A DNA stretch of 64,000 nucleotides, from contig OY821645.1 of the NCBI GenBank assembly GCA_963682135.1, forward strand, positions 1,376,001 through 1,440,000. Reading direction: 5' to 3'. This stretch comes from Methanothrix sp. Lineage in GTDB: Archaea; Halobacteriota; Methanosarcinia; Methanotrichales; Methanotrichaceae. A program made the translations under genes and the position numbers. The notes under the pieces were generated by a model, which saw only the letters and a program-made list of their open reading frames with translations, was not told the DNA's origin and did no database searches. Shown here piece by piece: positions 63,013 to 64,000 of the stretch (within the stretch, counting starts at the first letter, position 1; each line of letters opens with the position of its first letter).

Positions 63013-63097
63013 GTTATGCTTCTATTGAGAGATGATGGAAAATATAACTTGCGCCAATGCTAATTCACCGGTGCTGGCTGAGATGTGGATTGCAGGA

Positions 63098-63581
63098 GCT
63101 GGATTTTTGGAAATGATGGTGGTTCGCCATTAATATTGGCTGAGAATTATAACCGAGCTGCTACTGGCACCACAAAGACACAAAGCGCACAAAGACGTTC
63201 AAAGAGCAATTCTCGGCAGTCTCCGGCTGGCCGATCTTTGCGTGTCTGTGGTCCAGCCGCGCTCGGCACGCTCGACCGTGGGCCGGGCCGTCCGGGCTCG
63301 CGTCACTCGTCTGCGGATGGGCGCGCGGGCGGGTTCCCGCATGGGCGCGCGGGCCTGCGTGGGCTTGCGGCCTGGGGGGCTGGTCGGGCCTAGATCACGG
63401 ATTTCACGCGAAAGCGCGAAGCTGCGAAGTTCCGATTAGAGAAGGACAATTTTTCGCCATAGCCCTCGGGCCGCGCCGTTGGAGGCGTTTCTCGACAAAG
63501 GCCATCCGGGGCGACAGCCATCGTCCGCCAGGCGGGCCAGGTGTGCCAGGCAAGCGCTCGTGCAGGGTGGGCCGGTATGGG
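63098..63581 (+). repeat. Array repeat copy 5 (subtype Y)
   Basis: TTTTGGAAATGATGG leader, TTATAACC 63147, ACCACAAAG 63169, TTTCTCGACAAAG 63488. Confidence 0.9.
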
Positions 63582-63600
63582 CTTCATTGCGGGCTTTGGG

Positions 63601-63714
63601 CCAGCCGTTCTCGGCTGCTCCTCGACTGTGAACCAGGCCGTCCGGGCTCGCGTCACTCGTCTGCGGATGGGCGCGCGGGCCTGCGTGGGCTTGTGGCCTG
63701 GGGGGCCGTATGGG
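63601..63714 (+). repeat. Array repeat copy 6 (internal fragment of subtype Y)
   Basis: GGCCGTCCGGGCTCGCGTCACTCGTCTGCGGATGGGCGCGCGGGC matches copy 5. Confidence 0.85.
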
Positions 63715-64000
63715 TTTGGAAAAGATAGATGCAGAAGAGATCTATGGATAGACAAACCTGTCAGGAGTCGTGGCAAGCTATGGATCAATTTTAATATGAA
63801 TCAGATCATTTAGATTTTTGTTTTGCCGGTTGTGCTAACATGCATCTACCCAAAGGAGGAGTTCCCTCATTCCCGAAGAGATACAAGCGCAGTACTACGA
63901 TCTAAATGATAATCAGATGCCCTATGGCGGAGCCACTGACATTCACGGCTAGATCCTCAGGAAAGTCTCCAAAGAAGAGCAAGACAAGATGATGGCTCGC

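Noticed and set aside
60084-63714. CRISPR array or classical IS interpretation of the repeats
   Set aside because: No short constant repeats with unique spacers, no cas or transposase gene, no terminal inverted repeats seen.
59953-63813. Arg/Ala/Gly/Pro-rich ORFs overlapping the repeats (e.g. 60607..61065, 61788..62324)
   Set aside because: Starts, stops and frames are not conserved between copies; composition simply reflects high GC.
63840-64000. Possible ORF with in-frame TAG (…IPEEIQAQYYDL…HG*ILRK…) suggesting pyrrolysine readthrough
   Set aside because: No in-frame start without a frameshift, cut by the window edge, and no pyl genes in view; more likely a gene remnant.

Overview
Chromosomal window from a methanogenic archaeon. 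Gene content points to Methanosarcinales, probably Methanothrix/Methanosaeta-like (inference from ftr, purO, porGDAB, TFE, PINA, EF-2/EF-1a, mutSL). Most of it is housekeeping: lysC, fusA-tuf-rpsJ-tRNA-Arg(CCG), an RND/S-layer module, a hybrid histidine kinase, a ~2500-aa repeat surface protein, ADH synthase, porGDAB-purO-ftr, PINA, mutSL, tfe, an N-terminally eroded purH, an ICDH/IPMDH-family enzyme, Rio2, DUF460 and two convergent amt-glnK operons. The most unusual region is 60.1-63.7 kb. It is an array of a ~500-bp GC-rich, non-coding, self-complementary repeat (two subtypes, each with a TATA-like AT island) interleaved with antiparallel vapBC and hicBA toxin-antitoxin modules, and a solo copy of the repeat core lies 3.5 kb away. 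Other notable observations: a TTCATA-N5-TATGAA palindrome upstream of both amt operons, two related secreted-protein genes that appear to start at ACG, and two candidate structured RNAs. All calls were made by eye, with no database search or folding computation.
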